DNA of 63,881 nt, the filler included, from Sluysia triapertura (lineage: Eukaryota), in the NCBI GenBank assembly GCA_046118255.1. It is 5 parts of 5 records of this genome, joined end to end, with 100 filler letters (N's around TTAATTAATTAA, not from the genome) between each part and the next. Parts side by side here need not be neighbours in the genome. Positions count along the whole stretch, not along the records: positions 1 to 14,258 come from JBJNIA010001564.1; 4 more parts are not named here. One strand, given 5' to 3'. The notes under the pieces were generated by a model. That model saw only the letters and a program-made list of their open reading frames with translations. It made no database searches and had not been told where the DNA came from. Below, one piece after another: positions 1-12,414 of the stretch. Made by a program: the position numbers and the translations under genes. Numbering within the stretch: position 1 is the stretch's first letter; every line of letters begins with the position of its first letter.

Positions 1-284
1 TTTAGCTGTTAATTAAAAATAACGTTAGCAGACACTGCTATCACAATCGCGAAATAGCAGCTGTTAAATAACAGCGATGTGTTGAAAAAATATTAATATT
101 TCACAGAAGTGAAATATTAACAGACATAATAATGCATTTTTGATATGAAGAATTAAAATTTAATTTTGTTAATTTTTCTTTATTTTTGCTAAAGAATTAA
201 AACTGTTGTTCATAATATTTAATTCATAAGAAACAGAAAAAATACATTAAAAAGGTGTTTATTTTATTTATGAAGTTTTTCTAT

Positions 285-351
285 AGTTGGGGCGCCAAAA
301 ATAAATTTGTTGAAATGGGATCGCAACTTAAAAAGTTTACTCACATCGCTG
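285..351. mobile_element. Probable right end of a hAT-type non-autonomous element
   Basis: GGGATCGCAACTTAAAAAGTTT...CGCTG resembles the common hAT terminus GGGTCGCGA..AAAAAGGTTG..CACTG. The other end was not seen. Confidence 0.35.
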
Positions 352-604
352 TGGAGTACGTATTGAATTTGAATTATGAATTTTTATTTTTTAAACAGTC
401 TTTATTAATCATTGCATAAAGAAATGCTTATCGTTTATATTTCAAATGAATATACAACAAGCTAAGAGAGAATGTCAAATCACAGGAATGTTGTGAAATA
501 TATAATAATATAGTTCTTTCTATTTCAGAAATATACATTCTAAGTTATTATAGTAGATATTGGCGCTGTACGATTTAATTTATTAATATTAATATTAATA
601 TTAA

Positions 605-605
<1 letters not shown>

Positions 606-650
<45 letters not shown>

Positions 651-662
651 GTTATTGTTATT
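606..662. repeat. (ATT)n microsatellite
   Basis: Direct reading of a tattattat run. Confidence 0.95.
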
Positions 663-789
663 AAAACGAAAATTAAATTATTTTTTCAAGTTTCAATAAA
701 ACAAATACAATAAAATTCGAGATTGATTGTAAAACGTGGTAATAAAAATTGACAAGTAAACAACGATTGTTTAAAATTCGCGGCCTTCA

Positions 790-1500
790 TATTGTTGGGA
801 TTGCCCGACTGTGGAACAAGAAGTAAATAAGAGACATGGAAATTACAAAGTATAAGATAGAACATTATAAATATTGTTGGAGATATTGATGAAGATGAAA
901 TATATATATAATAATGTTAACAGCTGAAGAATACCTTTGAGTTCGAAAGACCTATATAAGACTTTGTGGAAGCTTGAGATGGTTTAGAAAACATTTAGAA
1001 GTATTAAGGTATTTTTGAACTTCTTAACCTTGAAATCATTTAAAACTTTATTAAACTTTAGGTAATCTTGAAACCCAGATAAGCATTTAAGAACTTTGAG
1101 TAACCATATGATGTAGTTGAAATCTTTAAAATATTTGAGAAATAAAATCATTGTTGATTATATTAAAGATAAATGTGATATGTTGATAATAAATATAAAG
1201 AAGTACGCGATAAATTTATATGTACACATAGTGGTGAAGATGAAAACATCTAGAACATCCTAAATGCCTTATCAAATACTAAATAATTGTAGAACTTTAA
1301 TAAAACATTTAAATGTAAAATAAGATAAAGTCTGAAAATAAATTAATTATAAAATTTATAATGATGCAAATATAATGAGTTGAATATGAGATGATTGCTA
1401 AGAAATAGGAAAATCTAGAAGTGAGTTTGAAATGTTTGAGAATAAGAACCTTAAACATTTTTCATTAGAAAATTGGGTATGAAAAACTAAAAATCAATTA
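790..1500 (+). repeat. Dispersed repeat family R1, copy 1 (unclassified, TE-derived)
   Basis: Colinear with 9048-9870: tgttgggatt, gaagaa(t/c)acct..gagttc.aaagac, gaacttcttaaccttg, ttaaagataaat, gtgaa(g)gtgaaaacat, tgattgctaagaaa, tagaaaattg. Confidence 0.8.
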
Positions 1501-1524
1501 TTTATATATGATTTTATCATTTAG

Positions 1525-1869
1525 TTATACAATTGGTGTATGATTAATAATTTCGAGGATATCGCTACTGTCAATATTGCTCGACCTAAATTCATTGAAC
1601 ATCTCAAAAACGACAATTTCGGCAATGCTATATACTGGTGCCAGAAAATCCCGAGTTCTTCAGGTGAACAAGCAGCTTTATTAAATCGAATAGCAAGTAA
1701 ACTGATGTCGATTTTGTTGTTCAATAAACAAGACCACACAGGAAAATCTGGTGAATGGACTGAAAGATCTGTGGAACATTTATTGGATTCTTTTGGAGAA
1801 GAATGTGACCTTCCAGGGAAGAAAATGTTATTTCTTCAAAAGTTGTGCCAGATTAATAAAATTATTCAG
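1525..1869 (+). CDS. NUP85: Internal exon of a Nup85-like nucleoporin
   Basis: Acceptor tcatttag|TTA at 1524/1525 and donor CAG|gttatt at 1869/1870 bound a 345-nt open frame. LKNDNFGNAIYWCQK...HLLDSFGEECDLPGKKMLFLQKLCQINK resembles the Nup85 segment NNRLGSALSWSIR...[27 protein letters not shown] (recalled, not searched). Confidence 0.6.
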
Positions 1870-2213
1870 GTTATTGTGATTATTACTGTGAATTCTGTAT
1901 AGATTATTATTATTATGTCTCAATGAAATATTCATCTTTGTTTCCAAATTTTTTATTATTTCTAAAAGATATTCAGTACTTCCGTAACGTAAGCATTTGT
2001 AAATTATTGTCATGAAATTGAGTTAGTTATCAATTAATGAACAATAAGTTTAGCTGTTTCTTTATTAGTAAATTTTCGAATATTTTATTTAATTGATATT
2101 TACACATTTTAACAATACAATTAATATTTTCTTCCGTGTTCATTTTTCAATCCATAAAACAGCTAAATCTTTAAAGTTTAAGATTGTGATTAAAGACGAT
2201 GTTGAGTTTTAGA

Positions 2214-2276
<63 letters not shown>
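2214..2276. repeat. (AAT)n microsatellite
   Basis: Direct reading. Confidence 0.95.
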
Positions 2277-2277
<1 letters not shown>

Positions 2278-5200
2278 TAATTTAAATTTATTTAATAATT
2301 TATTAATTGTCATAATGTTAAATTTATTCTTTCTTCACGTATGTTCACTTTAAAACATGCCAAAAAATAAAAATAGAAGATAATTTAGGCATTTTGGTTT
2401 CTAACCCTTTAACCGCCGGTGAGCGCATTTTTGTGAACATAAATTTATTTGAGAGATCCATAAGTCACTAACAGTCATATCAACCCATTTAGTCATTCTT
2501 TCACGTTAATAATTGTTGATGTTGTTTATAATAGCAGTCATAAAGTCGTTATCAGAAAAATATTCTAAGTAGGTTAGTTGGTCCCATGATTGATTACCAA
2601 TATTTGGTTTTGCCTGGCATGTATAATTATGAAAATTTGGTTGAAAGTGCGTATTTTGCCACGTCCATGTATCATTCTGTAAATATTTAAATTATGCAAA
2701 ATATGTAAAAAAATTGTATTAAAATATATCAAAAATGTATTAAATTATGTAAAATTGTAAATAATTAATTTATTGATACTTTAAAAATATTTTATAATGT
2801 TGTAATTAAAGAAATTGTAAATTAATTAATTTTAGACTTTACAATATAAAATACGAAATTTTGAATTTCAAACTTTAAATATTTATATTATATCACGTCA
2901 ATTATTTTTAAATTATTTTTTGAACTTTAGAATTGAACCTTAAATATTTAAATATTTACATTATTGTGAATGAATATTCGAAAATCATTTGAAAATAAAA
3001 TGTTTATATTATTAAATTTAAATATCGGAAATAGATAGCAAACGGAATTATAATAACATAAATAAAACATATCGTCTCTACAAATCACCATAACAAAAGC
3101 TAAAGACAACGCGACTCACTTTTTGAAAAATTAATATAGCAAACATGAAGAGGGCGATGTTGAAGATATCATCGAAAGAGAAATTTCTGAAGAAACACCT
3201 TCATATCCTGAATCAACATTGATGAATCAAATACTGACAATGAAGACCTATTTATTAGTAACCGGAGGAAGAGAATGAGGATAATTTCTAAATCAGAAGA
3301 TGAATGGAAAAATGAAGTAGATAAAGTTACACAAAACTTTCAATGACATGATAAACAATCTTACAATTACAATAAGTTTCGCTAGGAATTATATTAAATT
3401 AATATTTATAAACAGATTAAAAAATTCTATTATTGGAACTTCATTAAAAATAATGTCATTTTATTTTTGAAATTAATGCGTGGTGAGCTACATTGATCGA
3501 AAACCAAAAATAACATTAAAAAGTTTATCAAAATTGTAATTTCACAGTATTAAAAGTGTCCCACTTTAAATCATTCAATATCAAAACTGGGATATTTCGA
3601 GAATATTTGGTCAGTTATACGAAAAGTTAGCACACTCGAATTCTGATGGTAAGAATAATTAAGTACCTTTTTAATTTGTTTTGAACGACCAGTCGGGATT
3701 TATTAACACTTACCAATATCATATAAGACTTCGTAAGAAAAGGAACGCATGCTTTTCAGCTTTCAACGAAAATGAAGCATTATTTGCTGCGGAAACATAG
3801 AAACCATAATACGAATAAAAGCATTTGTTTGACTATCATTACCATATCTAGAGTAAACTGTTTCCAGATTCAATAAACATATGAAATGTATTTCTTTGAC
3901 CCAAAAGGCCTTCATCTTTTATTGAATCACAGAATTTATTTGAATCGAAAATTTTTCTAGATTACCTAAACCAAAATTAGTATCTGATCTTAATTGCCTA
4001 ATTACATCAACATGTTACTGTTCCCATACAATTCATTAGTGGAACCATTATGAGTGGTACAACTTCTTAACATTGTTATTTAACCTACGTTTTTACCAAG
4101 ATGAAAGATTATTTGAATTGTATTTAGATGAATTATTCTGATCAGACAATTTTGCATTTCTATCATCATGCAGAAATGAATCAATACCACAAAACGAAAT
4201 AGATAACATGTTTTCTTATCTCAAATTAATAACCAATCAAGAACATGACCAATTTATTACCAATTATAATATTACTCAAATTATTTTAAATCTAAATATT
4301 TGAAGCGTTTCTAACACGAATATCTATTTTATTTTTTCGGATCGATTAGACATAACACCATTAAGAACTTGTAATAAATGTAATGGTTCTAATGCATCGC
4401 AAATATCAAATTATGACTCTTATTAAACTATTGTCTATTTAATTCTTTTACACCAATTTTAATAAGTTCACTCATTTTGATTCATTAAATTACTTTAATT
4501 GGAATTGGATGTATAAATTTATAAATATTTTCTAATCATTTAATTTCTCCAATTATATGGAAACATGTGGTTGGTAAATGTAATTAGTCATATTTCATAA
4601 TACACTGAAGTATGATGTAATAATTGATGTACTATTACAGTACATTGTATCACTTGTTATTACTGTTATTATTGGTTATCGTATTAGAATTAGTCATTTA
4701 TAATACAATTGTTGCAAATGAAGATGCTAATGCTTGAAAACACAAATCGATAAAACTAATGTAGTTTATGATAATGGTGATGATTGTAATTTGATCGATA
4801 AATGATGTATAATAAGCATGTGAAATACATCTGCAATCAACAAAAATTTGTAAATGTTGCAGATATTTATGAAAAACAAATGATGGAATAATTTCGCAGA
4901 TTTTCCAGATTTATTTGATATATAATGTACTTTTTATAATTTTGTAATTGTAAGCTTATAATGTTCAATGTACGAAATATTTTTATTAAGTATAACAAGA
5001 GTGATTAATTTCGCTTTTTAATAATAATTTTTTGTACTTTCAATTATTTTTAAACGTTATTGTTACATACCACATAATTAAATTTCTGTCTCTGGAAGTG
5101 CTGAAACAATTATTTCTTTCGTATTTGGCATGATGTTACATGAATTGGAATTAAACTCAGTACATTTTCTTGAACATGAACAATGTCGTTTATGTAGTTT

Positions 5201-6683
5201 GAAAAACTTATAAGAATATCACAGTTATGATTCGCGATAAAAACGTTAATGTTCTTGGATCTGAACGTATCCTTGATACAAATTACTATATTCATTGATA
5301 GCCTTTTGATGAAGAATTAACAGCACAAAATAGTTATACACCAGTATACAGTTAAAAGTATAAGGTACAAGACATATTAATGCTGCCTCTAACAAACCAT
5401 ATGCAAGTGTTCTATTATGAAAAAGCTTACCTTGCATCTACAAAATTATCTGAAGGTTAGTTCGCCTAATAGATACGACTTAAATCTACGAAGAAGGCGA
5501 CCTATTAGGATTTTAAAATTAGTCACATTATGTTTTAAGTATAAGAGTAGCAGCTTATGAAACTTTTAAAGCAAATATATTCAATAAAAATTATATTTTA
5601 AATTAGCCCTTTTACGGTTTAGCGAGAAGCAATGATTTTTCCATGAAAGAGAATTAATTTTATACAGGCCGATTATACAAAAATCAAATATAATAATGAT
5701 AAAATTTTGATAATATTCTGTTAGATCTGATATTAACGCATTTTAGTATGAATGTTGAGCTATCCTTATTACGGTCTGTCACTAAAAGTAAAAATAACAT
5801 TAAGTGAGGTTTTAGGTCCTACTTTTTACAATAAGGACTTTAAACTTATAAAAATAAACTTACATTCATGGATTGATTAAAAAATGAAACTGTCCAAATT
5901 TTTCTCGCCTTGATTTTTTCATGTTTTTCTTCGTTAAATTTCCCTATTTATATAAAATTTAAGCAGCCATTTTGCATATTTATTTTATTTAATAAAACAA
6001 AAATGTTAATATTTATATTTAAAACAAAGAAATTTTTTAACTTTAAATATTTTATATTAAATTTTAAATATAAACATTTTATTTTATTTGATTTTTAACT
6101 TTACGTATTTTTTTATATTATTATACTAAAAATAAATAATAAAAATTGTCTTTATGAAAATAATATTAAATAATTTTTAAAATTCAACAAATGTCTAAAT
6201 GTTTTATGTAAATGTTTTATGTTTTATAACTCAACAATATAATAATACCATAAAGCTATAAAGACAAATATATGACGAAGATTATGAGAAATACAAATTA
6301 CAAATAAAAATCTAAAAATAAAACAAGAAACAATTACCTGAAGTTATTTATAAATATCCAAAAGCAATTGCAAAAACAAATATTATACAGTTAATTCTGT
6401 TATAATTAAAAACAAAATACCTTTAACAAAAATAATAAAGTAATAAACTATGCAGGATTCCAATCTGTAATCAAAAGAAAATGCAAGACCTTGTTCATAG
6501 GAACAATGCAGGAGCAATAAAACCGAGCTTCTCTCCATTAGCTTCTAATCATTAATTTCATTTGTTAAAAAGAAAGATATGACAATGAGGTTTTTGTCGA
6601 CTTCAGGTTTTTATAATATAAGAACCAAGGTCAAGTTAAGTAAAAATGATAAAATTAAAATGAACCAACTAAGGTGTAACTTA

Positions 6684-7379
6684 TGATAATGATAACTTAA
6701 GTTTTTATATTTAATATTAATAATTTTGAAATATAAATTTGGCGATAAAAGCTACATATTTAGTGTTAGCAATTACACAAAATATTTGGATGAATTCAAT
6801 TATAAAGTTTTTGAATTCCCCATGACTATATTTAATATATCTAAATTTGAATTATTAAATAACTTACAGACAAATGTTTTTAAATGTATTAATATTCACG
6901 AATGTGATATCCATGATAATGACGATATTTAAAAAAATCAATTTATTAATATATTACATTTAAATAAGTGTAATAATGAAACAATTAATAATTTATTATT
7001 ATAGAGCAATAATAATTTCTTATTGTAGACATGAAAGACGTTTTAAGAATAAGGTAAAAGTAGTGTACAAAGCGTTTAAGAGGATTTAGGTTAGATGTAG
7101 CATTTAATAATCATATAAAGTTATGTAGTGAAAATCTTGATAATAAATGTGTATTTACTGATCACCAACATTTACGCAGATTTTGAATATGTATTACTAC
7201 CAGACAAACAATATCAACAAAACACGAAACATAACTGTAGGTTTATTATAAGTAGCTCCAAAAAAAACAGAATACTATAGTTTTGCTGGTGATAAATGTG
7301 TAGGAATTTTTGTAAATATGATTTAAGAACTTTTTCAAAATATAACGAAGATCAAACAGAAATGAATTTAACTAGTTAC
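6684..7379 (+). pseudogene. Degenerate N-terminal/exonuclease region of a Polinton/Maverick-type protein-primed PolB
   Basis: Ordered motifs DNDNLSF...SVSNYTKYLDEFNYKVFEFPMTIFNISKFELLNNLQTNVF...INNLLL...IYADFEYVLLP..YQQNTKH...YYSFAGDKCV match the recalled pattern NDNKCF..RVSKY..LNF.GIEFP..I.KFE.QN..INVF..INLLL..IYADFE..Y.GEDCV. Stops and frameshifts are present; an LTR at 7380 truncates it. Confidence 0.65.
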
Positions 7380-8488
7380 TGCGAAGATTTTAGAATAAAA
7401 CGCTTAGCTTAGTGTGAGTTCACCAACGTACTGGGCTTACCGGTTAGGGCCGGCCGTTGGATTTTCTATCAAAAATTTAAAGTAAATGGAGCTGTTAATA
7501 ATTTAGGGAGAGATTTCCAATATTTAATTTCTTATTAGTACAACAATATAAGTCACTTTAATTATATTTTAATGAGGTTCTTCCTTCGAACCTGTTAATA
7601 GTTTAATTTTGTTCTTAAATCGAACCTTTAATTGATTTTATTAAGGTTCCTAAAGTGAACCTTTAACAGTTACAAAGAGATTTTGATTAGGTTCTAAACC
7701 GAACCTTTTACAAAAGAAATTTTAGTAAGGTTCGTACTAGAACTTGTAATGTTGTCAAAAATTTAATAATTAATACAAAAAAATGTTTTATTAAAAAATA
7801 GAATAATATACATATAAAAAAGAGATGTACTACAATTTTAATAAGATTATATATCGAAATGATTTTAATGAGCTACTTTGAAATAGTAGTGGAATAGTAT
7901 CAAAATTTTAAGTCTATTTTAAATACATAGTTTTAAAAACTGTAAAATACTTAAAAATAAAAAACAAACGATAAAGACTAATGAATCGAATCCACGTGTA
8001 ATCAAAATTGCTTCGTAAGAGTTCCCTTTTCTCAGATTATATAAGATTTATAAGATTTGTAAACAATTCTTTATGGTCAAATATGGTTGAAATTTTAGTG
8101 TTTATATATAAAAACGAATGACCTTGAGGTCATTGAAACAAAAATAAAATTATAAAATTACAATTAAAATAAATATGCTCCTTTGCGTTAAAAAGAAATT
8201 TTTTATTAAAAATTATAATTATTTTAAAAATTTGATATTTTAAAAATTAAAATTTATAAAAAAAATAAAATCTTACTTAAAATGTCTTTTAATCCAAATA
8301 AATTAATTTATTAAATAATTTGTAAACTTAAGCAATAAAAATGAATATATTTTAGTTAAACATAATCAATAGCTATATGTTGAACTTTAATTTTTGTGTA
8401 CAATTTTTAACTATGAATTTAAATACAATTAATTAATACACAAATTTATGAACTCCGTTTTAACTAAGTGAACTTTAACAATATACAA
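7380..8488 (+). mobile_element. Solo-LTR-like element (family L1); right end approximate
   Basis: Starts TGCGAAGATTTTAGAATAAA (cf. TGTGAAGATTCTTAGAATAAA at 27132 and TGTGAGAAA..TAGAATAAA at 36374) followed by the CCAACG...CGTTGG hairpin. Confidence 0.65.
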
Positions 8489-8492
8489 TTAA

Positions 8493-8903
8493 CCCTTTGT
8501 AGTCCTGGGTCGAAGCAGCCCTGACGCTTATGTAATCTGTTATGTCAAAGATGGTCCGATAAGAAAATGTTAACATTTCGTATTTTTATTTGCATCGACT
8601 CGTCATTATCGTCAAGTTCAGACCACTATACTACCATTGCACTATCTGCGAAGTATACAGATTAATTTTATCGGAGTTGTGCAAGTGTAATATCGTAAAC
8701 AAATAGGAATATTCGTGTTATTTTATTGGTAAGTTAGAATTTAGAATTTCATTTTTATACTATATAAATATTACATAAACGTAATTAAATTAATAAATAA
8801 ATATTTTTTAAATTCGATTTGAGTATGTTTTTTCGAGTCAGGCGTTTAATTGTGGAAATTTTGTGTAGAGGATTCAATGGAAATAAAGTAGGACTGCAAA
8901 AGG
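8493..8903. mobile_element. piggyBac-type MITE
   Basis: TTAA|CCCTTTGTAGTCCT ... AGGACTGCAAAAGG|TTAA: imperfect 14-bp TIRs flanked by TTAA on both sides, 411 bp, non-coding. Confidence 0.8.
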
Positions 8904-9047
8904 TTAATAAAGAAACGATAAAAAAGATTCTTTTGTGATGGGAATTTATGTAATAACGAAATTTTATTTTTTCATTTTCATCAATATATTACGGAAATGA
9001 AATGCATTATCATTAATTATAATTATAATAATATCGATTTAATTATA

Positions 9048-9870
9048 TTGTTGGGATTGTCCAGTTAGTGTAAAATACATACTAAAAATATACTATAATA
9101 TATATAAGAAAAAGTGATATAAAATATCTGAAATATGATAATATAAGCATAATTAAATTTTTCTAGAGCAAGACTAATGAACAAGAAAATGTTTATAATC
9201 ATTGTGAAACTGAAGAACACCTTGGAGTTCCAAAGACTTTTGTAGGGTATTCAGACCCTTATGAAAGCCTAAGAAGGGTTTAAAAAGAATCCTTTGAACT
9301 TCTTAACCTTGGTATCATTTGAGACCTTGTTGATCTTTTGAAACCTTTAAAGACTTTCGAGTAATCTTGTAAAATGTTTGGAACCTTTAAAATCATGGTT
9401 AATAATATTAAAGATAAATTTGATACATTAATAATTAACATAAAAAAGTACAAAAAGGAATCAGAATAGTGAAGGTGAAAACATATAGAGCCTCCTCAAT
9501 ACCTTATAAAGTATTTAACAACTTTATATACATAATAAAACCTTTTAAACTTAGAACAAAATAAGTTAAAATAAATAAATAATTAATTAAAATCTTAATT
9601 AGCTTAAGTTAAATTACGTTTGTGTGAATAACTTTTGAATGACTAATACTATGTTAAAACTGTAATTGTATATGTATGTGTTTGAAAGAGATATTCCGAG
9701 GAAGCTAATGTTTGATGAAAAGGTAATTAATTGAATATGAAATGATTGCTAAGAAAAAGGAGAATCTAAAAATGAGGTTGAAATAGTTTGCTTGGGAATG
9801 AGACCCTAAGCATTTTGCACTAGAAAATTGAATATGAAGAAATGAAAATTAATTGAATTCCAAAAACTAA
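9048..9870 (+). repeat. Dispersed repeat family R1, copy 2
   Basis: Colinear similarity with 790-1500. Confidence 0.8.
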
Positions 9871-11841
9871 AGTTAAATTCATCATTTTTAAGTATGTCAA
9901 TAATAATGAAAATGGTTATTTTAATGTAGAAGTAATTTATGAAAAAATAGATCGAGTAGAGTAGAAGAAAAAAGAGAGTTGATTGATAATCGAATTTACA
10001 GGTTGTACCATGTAAATGTCAAAGTCATTGTGGTCGATTTAATCTTTAAAAGAGGTTTCGATGATTTGTGTAAGAATAATTTCTGATTGTGAATTTGGGA
10101 ATTATTGGATGACACAAAAGTATAAAATAGAATAATTAAACCTTGCACAAACATTTATTAACGTTAGATGATCCATGCTGTCATTTTATCATAATTTCTG
10201 TCATTTTATTTTAATTTTTACTTAAGTTAATCGTTATTTAATCACTTAAGATTAAGTTATATGACAAAATGCTTAAATTATTTGACAAGAGGATTAAATT
10301 ATATGAAAAACCGCGTAATTAATTAAAATCTTAATAAACGCATTCGTTGAATGCAGAATTTTATGATAATGTTTCTTTCAGTTAGTCCTTGATAGGGAGC
10401 AAAGTCAAATTTTAATTAATTCTCAAAAATAAATTTTTAACTTTTACCTATTTCGAATGTTGTAGTGAGAATGAATTGAATATGAGATGATTGATATGAA
10501 TGAGAATAATTTGAAAATGTTTTCTATTAGAATATGAGAAGTAAAATAATGGTTGATCTTTAATAATGTTTTCTGAGTCTTGTACCATATAATTGTCGGT
10601 CTCTTCTGCATTATATGTTCGAATGATTAGTGTATAAACAATTTTATAAAACTCAAACGTGATTGGATAATGAGAAAGTATAAAAATGAGTAGTTGTAAA
10701 ATTTTATAGGATAAGAAATTCCATATTGATTATTTAATCATTTTATTATAGGATCCCACTTTTGGAAATGTTGTAATGTTTTACAAAAATTTTCTCATCT
10801 TTTCTATAGGAAGAAATAGTGCCTATATTACTTGAATATTTCCATGTATTATTATTATTATTACTATTACTATTATTATTGCGTCTGTTTCAATTTTTAT
10901 TGTGATTGAATAAAAATTATGTCTTATTCTGGTTTGTTAATTACATTTGGTTAGATATAAAATATGTTCTGGTTTATTCTAAAAACCTACCTAACATAAA
11001 TTTTATTCTAAAATCTAAAGAGTTCGCCAACAATACAAGACTTATCTAGTTAAGGGTTTGCCTAAAATTATAAAGGTTAATAAGGTCGTAAATATTATAA
11101 TTACTTAATCTATTCACTTACTACAGTTAATATTAATAATTTTATTAGCTATTTTAGATCCTTATTTAAAATAGGACTATAACAATATATTTTAAAGGCT
11201 TGTTTAAAATAAGCTTGTCAAAAATAAACTTTAATTATATTGAAACTATACAAGTTAACAATTACTGATAATAAATTAAACTTTTTAATAATTTATTACG
11301 ATATTACTAAAATAAGAATGATTATAGTCAATAGTCAATTTATTATATTAAGGTTATATAAACATTAAAAGTTTTAGGAGTATAAAAAACTTATGCGAAT
11401 GAAGCTAACGTGATCCCAAATTATAGTAATCCTCTTTCCAATCCTTCGATAATGAATTCTGTCGTAATTGAATTTATCTTCTGTTATTTTTTAAATTAAA
11501 GTTTTATATTAAATGAACTTACTTATTAAACACTTAGATAATTTCCTGTTTCCGTTAACTATTCAAATTCTTTAAATAATAATCTATTTCCGTTTTAAAT
11601 ATTTATAATCACATATTCAAATTATATACACTAAACAGTATCTGTTTTATAAATGTGTTAGTTATAATAATAAAATTTTAATTATAATATAATGTTAAAT
11701 ACTTTTCTTATTTTACTTATTAATTTCTCATTATTTTACTTATAACTCTTATATCTTAATCATACAATTAATCATAAAATTTAAAACAATATTATTTTCA
11801 ATATTATTGGTCAATATTTTAACCAATAAAATCAATTTCAG

Positions 11842-12248
11842 GTTAAATTTCCAATCGCATATTCATTGATTGTATATCGTGATCCAGATCAAGTTTACAG
11901 ACTTTTCAAAGCCATTTATCGTCCATTCAATCTTTATTGTTTCCATGTCGACTCGAAAAGTTCCTCTTCTCTGCATCGATTTGTACAAGAATTACATTCT
12001 CTTTATGACAATGTAATTGTACCTTCTAAATTCATTGATGTGGTGCACTCTAAATTCAGTGTACTGGAAGCAGAGTTATTGTGTATGCGTGCACTTTTAA
12101 ATTATTCAGAACAATTTTCATGGAAACCAGCAGCCCAATGGAAATATTTCATCAATTTAACTGGCCAAGAGTGGCCATTGAAAGTAAACCTAGAAATAGT
12201 CAGAATTCTGAAAAGTCTTCGTGGAGCTAATTTGGTGGAGAAGTTGAA
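11842..12248 (+). CDS. GCNT: Exon of a core-2/I-branching beta-1,6-N-acetylglucosaminyltransferase (GT14/Branch family)
   Basis: FPIAYSLIVYRD..RLFKAIYRPFNLYCFHVDSKS and WKYFINLTGQEWPLKVNLEIVRILK are Branch-domain hallmarks. Acceptor tttcag|GTT at 11841/11842; donor AA|gtaaat at 12248/12249. Confidence 0.92.
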
Positions 12249-12414
12249 GTAAATAATTTTATACAAATTGAATTTATTGCGATTTTAAATATGAAATTAA
12301 ATTTTTAATACTATCTCCTTTCAAACATGATTGTCACGTTAGTTTTCTATACAATATATATATATATGTAAGTATAGTTGAAAATAATGTTTTATATTAT
12401 AGATTAATGACAAA

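Noticed and set aside
7575-7745. CRISPR-like appearance of the palindrome array
   Set aside because: Eukaryotic context, 6-bp arms only, variable centres, irregular short spacers, and no cas genes.
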